From contig OY969696.1 in the NCBI GenBank assembly GCA_963702005.1, positions 2,870,556-2,934,555 on the forward strand: a stretch of DNA of 64,000 bases. Reading direction: 5' to 3'. A program made the position numbers and the translations under genes. Below are positions 8,987 to 18,597 of the stretch, piece by piece; position 1 is the stretch's first letter; each line of letters starts with the position of its first letter. Below the pieces are notes generated by a model, which worked only from the letters and a program-made list of their open reading frames with translations, did no database searches and was not told where the DNA came from. Source of the stretch: Candidatus Aminicenantes bacterium. GTDB lineage: Bacteria > Acidobacteriota > Aminicenantia > Aminicenantales > JAFGBC01.

Positions 8987-9757
8987 ATGTATCATCCTGT
9001 TATCCGCAAACGTATTGGAATAATGATGAATAAGATCAACGAATTTCCCGAGATCATGTACCGGGACCCCGAATTCCTGGACTCCCTTGAAGGTCGGACC
9101 CTGCGGATCCTGAGCGAGTATCTCGGCCCGATGTCGAAGCTCGACCGGATGAAGATCAACAGCACGATCCTCTTCCTGGGGTCGGCCCAGGCCAATCCGG
9201 CCAACCGGGGATCGCTGTTGACCCGCTATTATTGGGAAGCCGAGGAGCTGGCCTATCGCCTCGCCAAGTGGGCTATCCCCCTCAAGCCGAAGGGGAAGAA
9301 CTTCGTCATTTGTACGGGGGCCGGGCCGGGCATCATGGAGGCGGCTAACCGCGGCGCGGCCCGCGCCGGGGCCAAGACGATCGGGATGAACATCTCCCTC
9401 CCCCAGCCTCAGAATCCCAACCCCTACATCTCGCCCGAGCTGGCCTTCGCCTTCCACTATTTCTTCATGAGGAAGTTCTGGCTCGTCTACAAGGCCAAGG
9501 CCGTGCTCGCCTTCCCGGGAGGGTTCGGGACCCTCGACGAGTTCTTCGAGATTATGACCCTCCTCCAGACGAGCAAGATCTCCAAGAAGGAGCTTACCCT
9601 CATCCTCTACGGAGAGGATTATTGGCGCAAGGTCCTTCATCTCGACGTCCTGGTCGAGAATGGGGCCATCTGCGCCGAGGACCTGAAGCTGTTCTCCTTT
9701 TGCAGCTCTCCCGACGAGGCGTTCGCCCTCTTGAAAAAAAAGCTCAAGGCCCCATGA
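8987..9757 (+). CDS. LOG family (TIGR00730) nucleotide phosphoribohydrolase-like protein
   Basis: Motifs TGAGPGIMEAANRGA and PGGFGTLDEFFE. The upstream part of listed ORF 8033..9757 is antisense to purO/purH. Confidence 0.8.
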   Translation: MYHPVIRKRIGIMMNKINEFPEIMYRDPEFLDSLEGRTLRILSEYLGPMSKLDRMKINSTILFLGSAQANPANRGSLLTRYYWEAEELAYRLAKWAIPLKPKGKNFVICTGAGPGIMEAANRGAARAGAKTIGMNISLPQPQNPNPYISPELAFAFHYFFMRKFWLVYKAKAVLAFPGGFGTLDEFFEIMTLLQTSKISKKELTLILYGEDYWRKVLHLDVLVENGAICAEDLKLFSFCSSPDEAFALLKKKLKAP

Positions 9758-9830
9758 ACAAGCCGGCTCTCCGGACCGCCCGGATTATCTGTTGGACCTT
9801 GTCAACGGCCGTCATCACCGTCAAGTAGAC

Positions 9831-9858
9831 GGCCGAGGCGGCAGCGTCCCGCTCGGCC
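9831..9858. terminator. hairpin between convergent genes (possible terminator)
   Basis: GGCCGAG-14 nt-CTCGGCC followed by TT. The T tract is weak. Confidence 0.2.
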
Positions 9859-11154
9859 TTAACGGGCCGGGGCGAGCGGTGACTGCGGGCCGCCCGTCAA
9901 CCCCAAGGCGAACAGGGACCGCGTTCCCCCGCTCCCCGAGAAGTAAATCATCCCGTTGGCGACGGCGACTTGGGTCGTCGCGTCGGCCTCGTGGCCCAGC
10001 GCGTAGCGGAACAGCCGTTTCTTGTTCGTTTCGCTGATGGCGTAGAGATTTGTGTCGGACAGGAAATAAACGACCCCGTTGGCGACGGTCGGGCTGAGGA
10101 TGGCGTCGTAGCCTTGATACCTCCAGACCTGGGCGCCGTTCTTGACGTTGTAGGCGTACAGGTAAGGATCGGTCGGAACGTAGATGACGTTTTTGACCGG
10201 ATTGCAGGCGACGGCCCCGGTGATGTTCGAGGTCGTAAAGACCTTCTGCCAGATGGCCTGGGGGGAGGTGATGTTATAGACGCAGAGAATGCACTTGATA
10301 GTCTCCGAATATCCGAACCCATTGACGTAAACGACAATGAGATTATCGTTGCAGATCGCAAAGCTCTGAATGTCCCAGCCCATGTCCGTCGTCGGCCGGG
10401 TGTAGTACAGCTCGACCTTTTTGGAGGCGGAGTTTATCCGGGCGAGCTTATCCATATCCATGTGGTTGACTTCAACGACGCCCCTGGCAAAGATCCAAGC
10501 TCCCTTGAGGAGGACATAATCCCCAATGAAGGGGACGCCGCCCATGGTTTTGCTTTTATACCAGAGGACCTTCCCCGACTTCCGATGCAGGGCGTAGAGC
10601 TTCCCCTCACTGCCGTAAGAGCCCTCGATGATGTAGACGATATTCCTCGTCTCGTCCACGGCCGGAATGACCTTGGACAGAGAGGAGATGTTAAAGCTGA
10701 TCGGCGCCTGCCAGATTTTTTTCCCTGACGAAGCCTTGAGGCCGTAGAGGGAAGAGGGGTTGTTTCCGGCCAGATAGATCAAGGTTCCGTCGGTCGTGAT
10801 CACGGGCTGGGAAGCCGAATAATTCTCGGAGATATCCGACTGCCAGACGAAGTCCCCCGTCTCCGCGTCATAAGCGGACAGATTCTGTCCCTGGGCCGTC
10901 GTGAAGAGCCTGTTGTTGTAGACGGCGGGCGATCCGTAGATGGACCTGGACCAGCCTTCTTCTCCGATACTCCAAGCGAGTTTCAACTTCTTGACGTTCT
11001 GAGTCGTGATCGTCTTCTCGAGCGCGGCGTAGCTTGTCAGCTGATCATCGTAGCCGAAATGCGGCCAGTTGAGGGCGGGAATCGCCGCCCGGCCGGCCAG
11101 GATCAGAATCAAACACAAACCGGCGGTGATGGAAAGGGATTTGATAACCTTCAT
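9859..11154 (-). CDS. secreted PQQ-like (BamB-type) beta-propeller repeat protein
   Basis: 431 aa with signal peptide MKVIKSLSITAGLCLILILAG. Repeated blades of the form ...AYDAETGDFVWQ, ...GLKASSGKKIWQ, ...ALHRKSGKVLWY, ...AYNVKNGAQVWRY. Visibly lower GC than its neighbours. Confidence 0.75.
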   Translation of the reverse strand: MKVIKSLSITAGLCLILILAGRAAIPALNWPHFGYDDQLTSYAALEKTITTQNVKKLKLAWSIGEEGWSRSIYGSPAVYNNRLFTTAQGQNLSAYDAETGDFVWQSDISENYSASQPVITTDGTLIYLAGNNPSSLYGLKASSGKKIWQAPISFNISSLSKVIPAVDETRNIVYIIEGSYGSEGKLYALHRKSGKVLWYKSKTMGGVPFIGDYVLLKGAWIFARGVVEVNHMDMDKLARINSASKKVELYYTRPTTDMGWDIQSFAICNDNLIVVYVNGFGYSETIKCILCVYNITSPQAIWQKVFTTSNITGAVACNPVKNVIYVPTDPYLYAYNVKNGAQVWRYQGYDAILSPTVANGVVYFLSDTNLYAISETNKKRLFRYALGHEADATTQVAVANGMIYFSGSGGTRSLFALGLTGGPQSPLAPAR

Positions 11155-11305
11155 TCTTCTCCTCCTTTAAAAGCCCGAACCGATTGCCGGGCCGGCGGAC
11201 GACGCCACTCCCCAGGACGCAGCGCTACCCCCCGGACCTGCTAAAGCGTTTATATAATATATTGTCCGGACTTTCGTCAACCTTTTTTTAGGGAGGGGCG
11301 AAATC

Positions 11306-11335
11306 TTGTCGCGGGGCAAGAAAAGACATTATAAT
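11306..11335 (+). promoter_or_regulatory. sigma70-like promoter candidate for rlpA
   Basis: TTGTCG - 18 nt - TATAAT, about 12-18 nt upstream of the start codon. Confidence 0.3.
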
Positions 11336-11346
11336 ATCGCCAAGGT

Positions 11347-12027
11347 TTGCCCATGAAATGGCCACCCCGGATCAGCGATCGCGGCCGCAGACCGGCCGCG
11401 CTCTGGCCGGCCGTTCTTCTCATCGTCAGCGCCTGCGCCTGCACCCGGATCCGGGCCGACCTGAGCGAACCGGCGTCCCGGGGCGGCCACGCCATGACCG
11501 GCCTGGCCTCCTGGTACGGGCCCGATTTTCACGGCCGACCGACCTCGAGCAAAGAGATCTTCGACATGAACGACATGACGGCGGCCCACCGGAGCCTCCC
11601 CTTCGGGACTTGGGTCCTGGTCACGAATCTCGACAACGGCCGGAGCGTCGCCGTCCGCATTAACGACCGCGGCCCGTTCGTGGCGGGCCGGATCATCGAT
11701 CTCTCCTATGCGGCGGCCCGGATGCTGGGCGCCGTCGGCCCGGGCACGGTTCCGGTCCGGCTCGAGCTCCTCGACCAGAGCGCCCCTCCCCCGCTCGCCG
11801 GACGCTTCGCCGTCCAGGTCGGGTCGTTCGCCGCCAAGGACAACGCGGAACGATTGAGGGAGAAATTGTCCGGACGGTTCGGCGAGGTCGACGTCTCGGC
11901 CTTCGCCGGCGCCGAACGGACCTACTACCGCGTCCGGATCGGAGCCCGGACCCGCGACGAGGCCGAGGCCCTCGCCCGCCGACTCTCCGACGCCGGCTAC
12001 CCCGTTATGATCATTGAGGGAAATTGA
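11347..12027 (+). CDS. rlpA: septal ring lytic transglycosylase RlpA with C-terminal SPOR domain
   Basis: Lipoprotein-like N-terminus (LLIVSACAC). DPBB block GLASWYGPDFHGRPTSSKEIFDMNDMTAAHRSLPFGTWVLVTNLDNGRSVAVRINDRGPF. SPOR-like FAVQVGSF...YYRVRIG. The ATG at 11353 may be the true start. Confidence 0.85.
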   Translation: MPMKWPPRISDRGRRPAALWPAVLLIVSACACTRIRADLSEPASRGGHAMTGLASWYGPDFHGRPTSSKEIFDMNDMTAAHRSLPFGTWVLVTNLDNGRSVAVRINDRGPFVAGRIIDLSYAAARMLGAVGPGTVPVRLELLDQSAPPPLAGRFAVQVGSFAAKDNAERLREKLSGRFGEVDVSAFAGAERTYYRVRIGARTRDEAEALARRLSDAGYPVMIIEGN

Positions 12028-12074
12028 CTCCGGAGGTCCAAGCTTCAACCGACACCGTTGTTAAGAGGAGACAA

Positions 12075-12367
12075 ATGAAAAAACTGATCGCCCTCGTCTT
12101 CCTGGGAATCCCCCTTGTCTTATCCCTGGCCTGCGTCGTCTCGGGGCCCCGCGTCGCTCCCCCCCGCCGCCCAATGAGATCGTCCCGGCTCGCCCCCACC
12201 CCGAATACGTCTGGACCTCAGGCTACTGGCGCTGGACGGGAGGACGCTACGTATGGATCGCCGGCAGCTGGGTCAAACCGAGGCACGGCTACACGTGGGT
12301 TCCTGGCCACTGGGAGCCTCGGGGCCCGCGTTGGATCTGGAGGCCCGCTCACTGGCGGAGGTTCTGA
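12075..12367 (+). pseudogene. YXWGXW-repeat lipoprotein, frameshifted at a C7 tract as sequenced
   Basis: SD AGGAG precedes the ATG at 12075, giving MKKLIALVFLGIPLVLSLAC (lipobox). After the C7 run (12159-12165) the conserved part reads in another frame: PNEIVPARPHPEYVWTSGYWRWTGGRYVWIAGSWVKPRHGYTWVPGHWEPRGPRWIWRPAHWRRF*. That frame has no start codon of its own. Confidence 0.6.
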
Positions 12368-12488
12368 GTCGAATCGGGGATCAATCCCCCGCGGGCCCGG
12401 CCTCATCCTGAAAACGACCGTGGCTTCGCCGTCCACGCTGGATTGGTCGGGATGATAGGTTAATTGCGCGGTTATACGGACCCCCATT

Positions 12489-13562
12489 CTATTCTTTCTG
12501 CTTGTAAAGATAGGCGCCCTCGACGAGCCTGTTCTTAGCGCCGTCGTTCACGGCGTACTTATGCCCGCTCCAGATCGAGGCCGAGCCGTACTCGCCGTTC
12601 TTGGCGAGGGCGTAAAAGCTGAGCCCGAAGTTGGGGAGGCCGTCGGCGTCGAGGAGGTGGGGCTGATAGCCCGTCGTCTTGACGATCCGCTTGAGGGCCT
12701 CGAAGCAGGCCTGTTCGGGCGTCAGGCCCTGGCGCATGAACTCGACGACCGTGAAGCTCCCGCAGTTGAGGATGTTGGCTTCACCCCGCCCCGTCGAGCC
12801 GGCCGCGCCGACCTCGTTGTCGAGGTAGAGGCCGGCTCCGATGATGGGCGAATCTCCGACCCGGCCCGGGAGCTTGAAGGCCAGCCCGCTCGTCGTCGTG
12901 ACGCCGGCCAGATCGCCCTTGGCGTCGAGGGCGACGCAGTTGATGGTGCCGTAGGAGGCGACGTAGGGCTTGAGCTCGTCGGCGATTTTATCGGACTTGG
13001 GCGGGAACCAGTTGTCGCGGTCCGAGAGGGTCTCCTTCCATTTGAGCCAGATTTCGCGGGACTTGTCGGTCAGGAGGTTTTCCTCCGGAAAGCCGTGGGC
13101 CTTGGCGAAGCGCAGGGCCCCCTCGCCGACCAGGAGGGCGTGATCGGTCCGCTCCATGACGAGCCGGGCGACCTTGGACGGATTCTTGATGTTCCGGAGG
13201 GCCGCGACCGCGCCCGCCGTGTGGGTCGGCCCGTACATGACCGAGGCGTCGAGCTCGACGACGCCGTCCTCGTTGGGGAGGCCTCCGTAGCCGACCGAAG
13301 TGTCGTTGGGATCATCTTCGATGATAGCGACGCCGGCGATGACCGCGTCGAGCGGGTTCGCGCCCTGGCGGAGAAGATCCATGGCCTTGGCGGTGGCCGG
13401 AATCCCGTTTCCGCTCGCGACGACGATCAATTTCTTTCCGGCCGCCGCCGGCTCTGCCGCCTTTTTAATCTGCCCTCCCGACACAACGCCCGGAACGGCC
13501 AGCAGGGAGGCGGCGCCGACGCCCGCTTTCAGAAAATCCCGTCTCGAAACCGCTCGTTTCAT
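12489..13562 (-). CDS. N4-(beta-N-acetylglucosaminyl)-L-asparaginase (glycosylasparaginase, Ntn hydrolase) with Tat signal
   Basis: SRRDFLKAGVGAASL twin-arginine signal; GTINCVALD...TTTSGLAFKLPGRVGDSPIIGAGLY. Confidence 0.85.
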   Translation of the reverse strand: MKRAVSRRDFLKAGVGAASLLAVPGVVSGGQIKKAAEPAAAGKKLIVVASGNGIPATAKAMDLLRQGANPLDAVIAGVAIIEDDPNDTSVGYGGLPNEDGVVELDASVMYGPTHTAGAVAALRNIKNPSKVARLVMERTDHALLVGEGALRFAKAHGFPEENLLTDKSREIWLKWKETLSDRDNWFPPKSDKIADELKPYVASYGTINCVALDAKGDLAGVTTTSGLAFKLPGRVGDSPIIGAGLYLDNEVGAAGSTGRGEANILNCGSFTVVEFMRQGLTPEQACFEALKRIVKTTGYQPHLLDADGLPNFGLSFYALAKNGEYGSASIWSGHKYAVNDGAKNRLVEGAYLYKQKE

Positions 13563-13616
13563 TCCGACCTCCTCAAGATTTGGTATGGACTAGGACTCTA
13601 TTTTCAAGGCCGCCCG

Positions 13617-15983
13617 TCATTCCTCGGACTCGAGGAGGAGCAACAGGACGGCGTGATCCCCATCCGGGACCTCGAATTCGGCGGTCTTCCCCTCGAAGAT
13701 TTCTTTCTCGCTGCCGTCGATCGAGAGCTGGTACTTGCCCTTTTTGAGGAGCTCGATCGTGACCTCGCGGGCTTCCAGGGATTTGATTTCGAAAGAGACC
13801 TCTCCTTCCGAGTACAGGAAATGGCGGAAGACGGCCCCGCCGTCCGCCTCGAGGATGTCCCGGCCTTCTTCCTGAAGCAGGGTCCCGGACTTGGAGACGG
13901 TGACGTCGTAGCGTCGGCCTTGGATTGAGACCCGGCTCAGGCGGCCCTTCCGGGCCGGGTCGAGGATGCCGAAGCGAAAACCGTCCCAGGGCGTGAAGTC
14001 CAGGTATTCCTCGAGGGCCGTCAGCGCGAAGAGCGGGCCCCGGACGGCGAAGCGGTCCCCTCCGGCGTCGCCGCTCCGGGCGTCGAAGGACTCGGGGCTG
14101 AGCTGGAAGTTCTGCCAGTTCCTCAAGAAGAGGGTCGCGCTCTTGTCCGCGAAGTCGGAGGCGGCGGCGTCGAAGCCGTAGGCCTTGAGGCCCTGATAGA
14201 CGAGATAGTTGGCGACGGGCTGGATCGTGCCGCGCCAAGCGCCTTGATCCTTGAAGGCGATGTCGTCGCGGGAGACGGTCGGGAGGACCGATTCCCCCCA
14301 AAATTCGCGGGGATTGAGAAGATGCTTGAGCATCCGCAGGGCCCGCTTCTGGTCGGGAATCTTGGCCAGGAGCGGCAAGAAGCTCGAAGCGGCCTTGCGC
14401 GTCGAGAAACGGCCGTCCCAATAGCGGTCGAAGTAGAGCCCGTCTCGTTCGTTCCAGAGCTGGCGGTCGACGAGCTCTTTGACCTTCTCGTACTCGGCGA
14501 GGTAATCCTCGTAGTCTTGCTTGATGTTGAGGACGTTCGCCATCTGGGACAGGCACCAGGCATCCAGGGCGTACAGACAGTTGAGGTCGAGGCAGTTCAC
14601 GGTTAGTGTCCCGGCCTCCTCGCTGAACAGGGCGTTGTCCCAGAGGGGGGAATCGGGCTGGCCCGACTCGATGCCGGCCCTCGCCTTGGGGTCGATCGAT
14701 TCCTCCCAAGGCGGCAGCTTTCGGGGCAGGAGCTCCAGATTGGCGCCCCACTCGAGAAGGCCGTCGTTGTTCCCGTCCCGGTTCAAGGAGCCGTTCGGCC
14801 TGCGCAGCCTCCAGAAGGCATGCCATTTCTGGAGGCTGGGATAGGCGGCGCGCAAGAAGTCCATGTCGCCGACCTTTTCGAAAAGTTTAAGGACGAGGTA
14901 GGAGCCGACCGGAGGCTGGGAACGGTCCGGCGTCCCCGCCCCAGAGGCGGCGCGCCAATGGGGAAGGCAGCCGTTCGGGTATTGAGTGCCCAGCGCGGCC
15001 AGGGCGATGTCCGTGGCCAGCCGCGAACTCTCGACCGAAGCCAGCAGGGCATGAAAGAGCGACTCGAGGGGAAACATCGTCCAGAATTCCGTCCCGCCAT
15101 CGGAGCGGGGCGCTCTGCGCAGCCGGGTCGCCGGCGTAAAAAAGCGTCGGCTGCTCGGCTCGAAAAGGGTATTCCAGAAGACGGTGTTGACGACGGATTC
15201 GGGCACGCCCCGGTAAGGCCCTTCGAGTTGAGTCCGGTTCTGCGCGTAGCGGACCTCCTCCTCGCCGAGGATGGTCTCGATCGTTTTCGCGTTCCTGTAG
15301 CGGTAGAGATGATTCTTAAGAATGCGGGCGTCCTCGCCGATGCCTGCCGCGAAATAGAGGTCGCGGCCTCTTCCCATCGAGAAGGCGACGACCGCTTCGC
15401 CGGCCTCGCCGGACCCGAGCGACTCGCCCTTGCGGTCGGTCCACAGAAAATAGTACTGCCGTTTGGGGTCCGCTATCTGCCCCTGGACCTCGCCCTCCGG
15501 TCCGATCGCATAGCCGCCCTTGAGTCCCCAGGGGAAGTAATGGACGAGATGGACCTCGACCTTCTTGGGACAGACGATCCGGCCGATGACGGTCCGTTCG
15601 TCCTGGCGCGACCATTCGAGGACGAGCGTCTCGGCGCGCGGCGAGGGCTTGATCAAGACGGGCGTCTCCCCCGTCTTGTGGTAGGGCAAGCCGAGGTCGA
15701 CCCGGAGCCGGGCGTACTGTCCGTCCGGGGAATGAGGTCCGACCTCGGAGACCAGGTAATGGAAATCGGCTGCGTCGGCCTGGTCGTAATCGCGCTGGAC
15801 GCGGATCCGGAAGGCGAAAGCCGCCTCCTTGGTGGGGGCGAAGACGAGGCCGGTCCAGACGGGGGCGTCGAGGGCTCCGATGGCAACGTCCTTCCAGGGA
15901 TAATAGACCTCGGCACGGAGGATGGACAGGCAGAGAACGGCGGCCGCGAGGAGGGCGAGCATCAAGCGCCGACGTCTCATCAT
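13617..15983 (-). CDS. (alpha/alpha)6-barrel glycoside hydrolase, GH63 / MGH1-like, secreted
   Basis: Start MMRRRRLMLALLAAAVLC. The C-terminal half (DGLLEWGANLE...LDLNCLYALDAW...LWNERDGLYFDRYW...REFWGESVLPTVSRDD...WRGTIQPVANYLVYQGL) resembles GH63/trehalase-like barrels. Confidence 0.65.
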   Translation of the reverse strand: MMRRRRLMLALLAAAVLCLSILRAEVYYPWKDVAIGALDAPVWTGLVFAPTKEAAFAFRIRVQRDYDQADAADFHYLVSEVGPHSPDGQYARLRVDLGLPYHKTGETPVLIKPSPRAETLVLEWSRQDERTVIGRIVCPKKVEVHLVHYFPWGLKGGYAIGPEGEVQGQIADPKRQYYFLWTDRKGESLGSGEAGEAVVAFSMGRGRDLYFAAGIGEDARILKNHLYRYRNAKTIETILGEEEVRYAQNRTQLEGPYRGVPESVVNTVFWNTLFEPSSRRFFTPATRLRRAPRSDGGTEFWTMFPLESLFHALLASVESSRLATDIALAALGTQYPNGCLPHWRAASGAGTPDRSQPPVGSYLVLKLFEKVGDMDFLRAAYPSLQKWHAFWRLRRPNGSLNRDGNNDGLLEWGANLELLPRKLPPWEESIDPKARAGIESGQPDSPLWDNALFSEEAGTLTVNCLDLNCLYALDAWCLSQMANVLNIKQDYEDYLAEYEKVKELVDRQLWNERDGLYFDRYWDGRFSTRKAASSFLPLLAKIPDQKRALRMLKHLLNPREFWGESVLPTVSRDDIAFKDQGAWRGTIQPVANYLVYQGLKAYGFDAAASDFADKSATLFLRNWQNFQLSPESFDARSGDAGGDRFAVRGPLFALTALEEYLDFTPWDGFRFGILDPARKGRLSRVSIQGRRYDVTVSKSGTLLQEEGRDILEADGGAVFRHFLYSEGEVSFEIKSLEAREVTIELLKKGKYQLSIDGSEKEIFEGKTAEFEVPDGDHAVLLLLLESEE

Positions 15984-16152
15984 AAAGATAACCGCTTGCC
16001 AGGTTTGAACGATTCCTAATCTAAGACAAACGGCGGCTAAAATCAACCGACCGGTCCCGGCACGGCATTATCCGAAGATTGAAGAGCAGCCGCCGCCGTG
16101 ATATATTGCGGTCCATGACGTTCGGATCAAGCCGATCCGACAGGAGGCGTCC

Positions 16153-18597
16153 ATGAAATGGGTCCGGGCCGTCATGTCTCTCCTTATATCCGCGTTTATC
16201 TTCTGGGGGCTCAACCAGCGCCACGGGATGGTCCCGCCGGCCGGAAAGCTCCTCAACCCCTTCGCCGGATTCTGGCTCGCCAACGACCGCGTCGATCATC
16301 CGCCCGAGAAGCTCGCCCTGCCGGGGCTCGAGTCCGAGGTCCGGGTCGCCTGGGACGACCGCCTTGTCCCCCACATCTTCGCCTCCAATGACCACGACCT
16401 CTATTTCGCCCAAGGCTACATTACGGCCCGGGACAGGCTGTGGCAGATGGAGTTCCAATCCCTCTACGCGGCCGGACGACTCTCCGAAGTCATCGGCCCG
16501 CTCGGCCTGGAAGCAGACCGATTCAACCGCCGCTACGGCATGGTCTGGGCGGCCGAGAACACGGTCCGCGCCCTGGAGAGCGATCCGGCCGCGATGAGAA
16601 TCATCGACGCTTATACGGCCGGCATCAACGCCTTCATCCGGACGCTCGGGCGCCGATCCTATCCGGTCGAATATAAAATTCTCGACTACCAACCCGAGGC
16701 CTGGACACCCCTCAAGTGCGCCCTGCTCCTCAAGTACATGGCCTTCGACCTTTGCGGCTACTATCTGGATCCCGGCCTGACCGAAATGAGGAAGGGCTTG
16801 GGCGAAGCCTACGTCGACCGGCTTTTCCCCTATGACGAGCCCCTCGTCGACCCCATCATCCCGCCCGGGACGAAGTGGGAGTTCACTCCTCTTCCCGCGC
16901 CGCCCCCGCCCCCGGAGACTTGGGCCGCCGCCCCGGGACAGGCCGCAGCCGTCCCGGCGCCCGAGGAGCCCAAATCCGACCAAGGAAGCAACAATTGGGC
17001 CGTAGCGGGGACGCGGACTCAGAGCGGCTTCCCCATCCTGTGCAACGACCCTCATCTCCAGTTGACCCTGCCCTCGATCTGGTACGAGATCCAGCTCAAC
17101 GCGCCGGGCGTCAACTGTGCGGGCGTGTCCCTTCCCGGCTCGCCCTTCGTCGTTATCGGCCACAACGAGCGGATCGCCTGGGGCTTTACCAACGCCGGCT
17201 CGGATGTCCTCGATTGGTACGCGATCCGCTTCAAGGACAAGACGCGCTCCGAATACTGGTACGACGGCGCTTGGCGCAAGACCTTGAAGCGGACCGAGAC
17301 GATCAAGGTCCGGGGCGGACAGGATGTCGCCCTGACTCTGATCTTCACCCAGCACGGCCCCGTCGTGCGCCTCGAGGGGGAGCCGCCCTTCAGCCAAAGA
17401 GACGTTCCGGCCGAAGCCTCCCTCCGCTGGCTGGCCCACGATCCCTCCAACGAGATCGGGACTCTCTACGCCCTCAACCGGGCGGGCGGCTATGACGAGT
17501 GGCTCAAGGCTATCGCCGGCTGGGACTGTCCGGCCCAGAACTTCATCTACGCCGACGCGGCGGGGACGATCGCCATCCGGCACAACGGAAAATACCCGCT
17601 CCGCTGGAAAGGCCAAGGCCGCTATATCCTCGACGGCTCGAATCCCGCCCATGTCTGGCAGGGATGGATTCCGCGTGACGACGTCCCGGCCGTCAAGAAT
17701 CCCGAGCGGGGGTTCGTGAGCTCGGCCAACCAGAAACCCGCCGACGCGAGCTATCCTTATTATATCGGGTCGGACTACGCGCCGTTCGAACGGGGCGCCC
17801 GCATCAACCGGCTCCTTTCGGGAATGACAAACGTCACTTCCCAGGATATGATCCGAATGCAGAGCGACGCTTTCAACCTGCGGGCCCGGACGGTTCTGCC
17901 TGCGCTCCTTCCCCACCTCCGGAGAAGCGACCTCAGCCAGGCCGAACGGAAATGCCTGGACGAGCTAGAATCCTGGAATGACGAGAACCTGGCCGGCCTG
18001 ATCGCGCCGACCGTGTTCGCCCAATTTTGGTCCGAGTTCAACGCCAAAACTTGGAACGACGAAAAAAGGGAGCCGATGAGAACGATGACCTGGCCCAACA
18101 GCCACATCCTCATCGACCTCATCCTCAACCATCCCGACGACCCGGTCTTCGACGATCGAACGACACCGGGAAAGGAATCCCTGGCCGACATCGCCTTCCT
18201 GGCCTTCCGGTCCGCCGTCGAGGAGCTCGTGAAGACGCTCGGCCCGCCCGGCCCGGCCTGGACCTGGGGCCGCTGGAAGGGGACCGACATCGGCCACCTG
18301 GGGCGGATTCCCGGCTTCGGCCGGATGGGGCTCGAGACGAACGGCGGCAGCGCCATCATCAACGCCTCGGGAAGGACCAGCGGGCCTTCCTGGCGGATGG
18401 TCGTCGAGTTGGGCCGCGAGGTCAAGGCCTGGGGAATCATCCCGGGCGGCCAGTCCGGCCATCCGGGTTCCCGATTCTACGACAACGGAGTCGACGATTG
18501 GGTCGCCGGTAAAATCTACGAGCTCGTCTTTCTGAAATCTCCGGATGAGCCCAACGACAGGATCGTCGCCCGGACGACGCTGGGAGGCCAGAAATGA
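16153..18597 (+). CDS. penicillin acylase family (S45 Ntn hydrolase; possibly acyl-homoserine-lactone acylase)
   Basis: 814 aa with an N-terminal TM/signal segment. Nucleophile context GSNNWAVAG; FPILCNDPHL; IPGGQSGHPGSRFYDN. Confidence 0.9.
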   Translation: MKWVRAVMSLLISAFIFWGLNQRHGMVPPAGKLLNPFAGFWLANDRVDHPPEKLALPGLESEVRVAWDDRLVPHIFASNDHDLYFAQGYITARDRLWQMEFQSLYAAGRLSEVIGPLGLEADRFNRRYGMVWAAENTVRALESDPAAMRIIDAYTAGINAFIRTLGRRSYPVEYKILDYQPEAWTPLKCALLLKYMAFDLCGYYLDPGLTEMRKGLGEAYVDRLFPYDEPLVDPIIPPGTKWEFTPLPAPPPPPETWAAAPGQAAAVPAPEEPKSDQGSNNWAVAGTRTQSGFPILCNDPHLQLTLPSIWYEIQLNAPGVNCAGVSLPGSPFVVIGHNERIAWGFTNAGSDVLDWYAIRFKDKTRSEYWYDGAWRKTLKRTETIKVRGGQDVALTLIFTQHGPVVRLEGEPPFSQRDVPAEASLRWLAHDPSNEIGTLYALNRAGGYDEWLKAIAGWDCPAQNFIYADAAGTIAIRHNGKYPLRWKGQGRYILDGSNPAHVWQGWIPRDDVPAVKNPERGFVSSANQKPADASYPYYIGSDYAPFERGARINRLLSGMTNVTSQDMIRMQSDAFNLRARTVLPALLPHLRRSDLSQAERKCLDELESWNDENLAGLIAPTVFAQFWSEFNAKTWNDEKREPMRTMTWPNSHILIDLILNHPDDPVFDDRTTPGKESLADIAFLAFRSAVEELVKTLGPPGPAWTWGRWKGTDIGHLGRIPGFGRMGLETNGGSAIINASGRTSGPSWRMVVELGREVKAWGIIPGGQSGHPGSRFYDNGVDDWVAGKIYELVFLKSPDEPNDRIVARTTLGGQK

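Noticed and set aside
2289-12165. Poly-C tracts (C8, C7, C7) considered as deliberate phase-variation switches.
   Set aside because: Similar single-base breaks also hit ahcY, a ZnuC ATPase and an M20 tail at short runs. A general indel-error explanation is therefore more economical. The alternative is kept only as a minor possibility for the lipoprotein.
13573-14826. 417-aa Arg/Pro-rich minus-strand ORF within the GH63-like gene region.
   Set aside because: It is an alternate frame of the 809-aa hydrolase gene on the same strand, with extreme Arg/Pro/Gly composition and no motifs.
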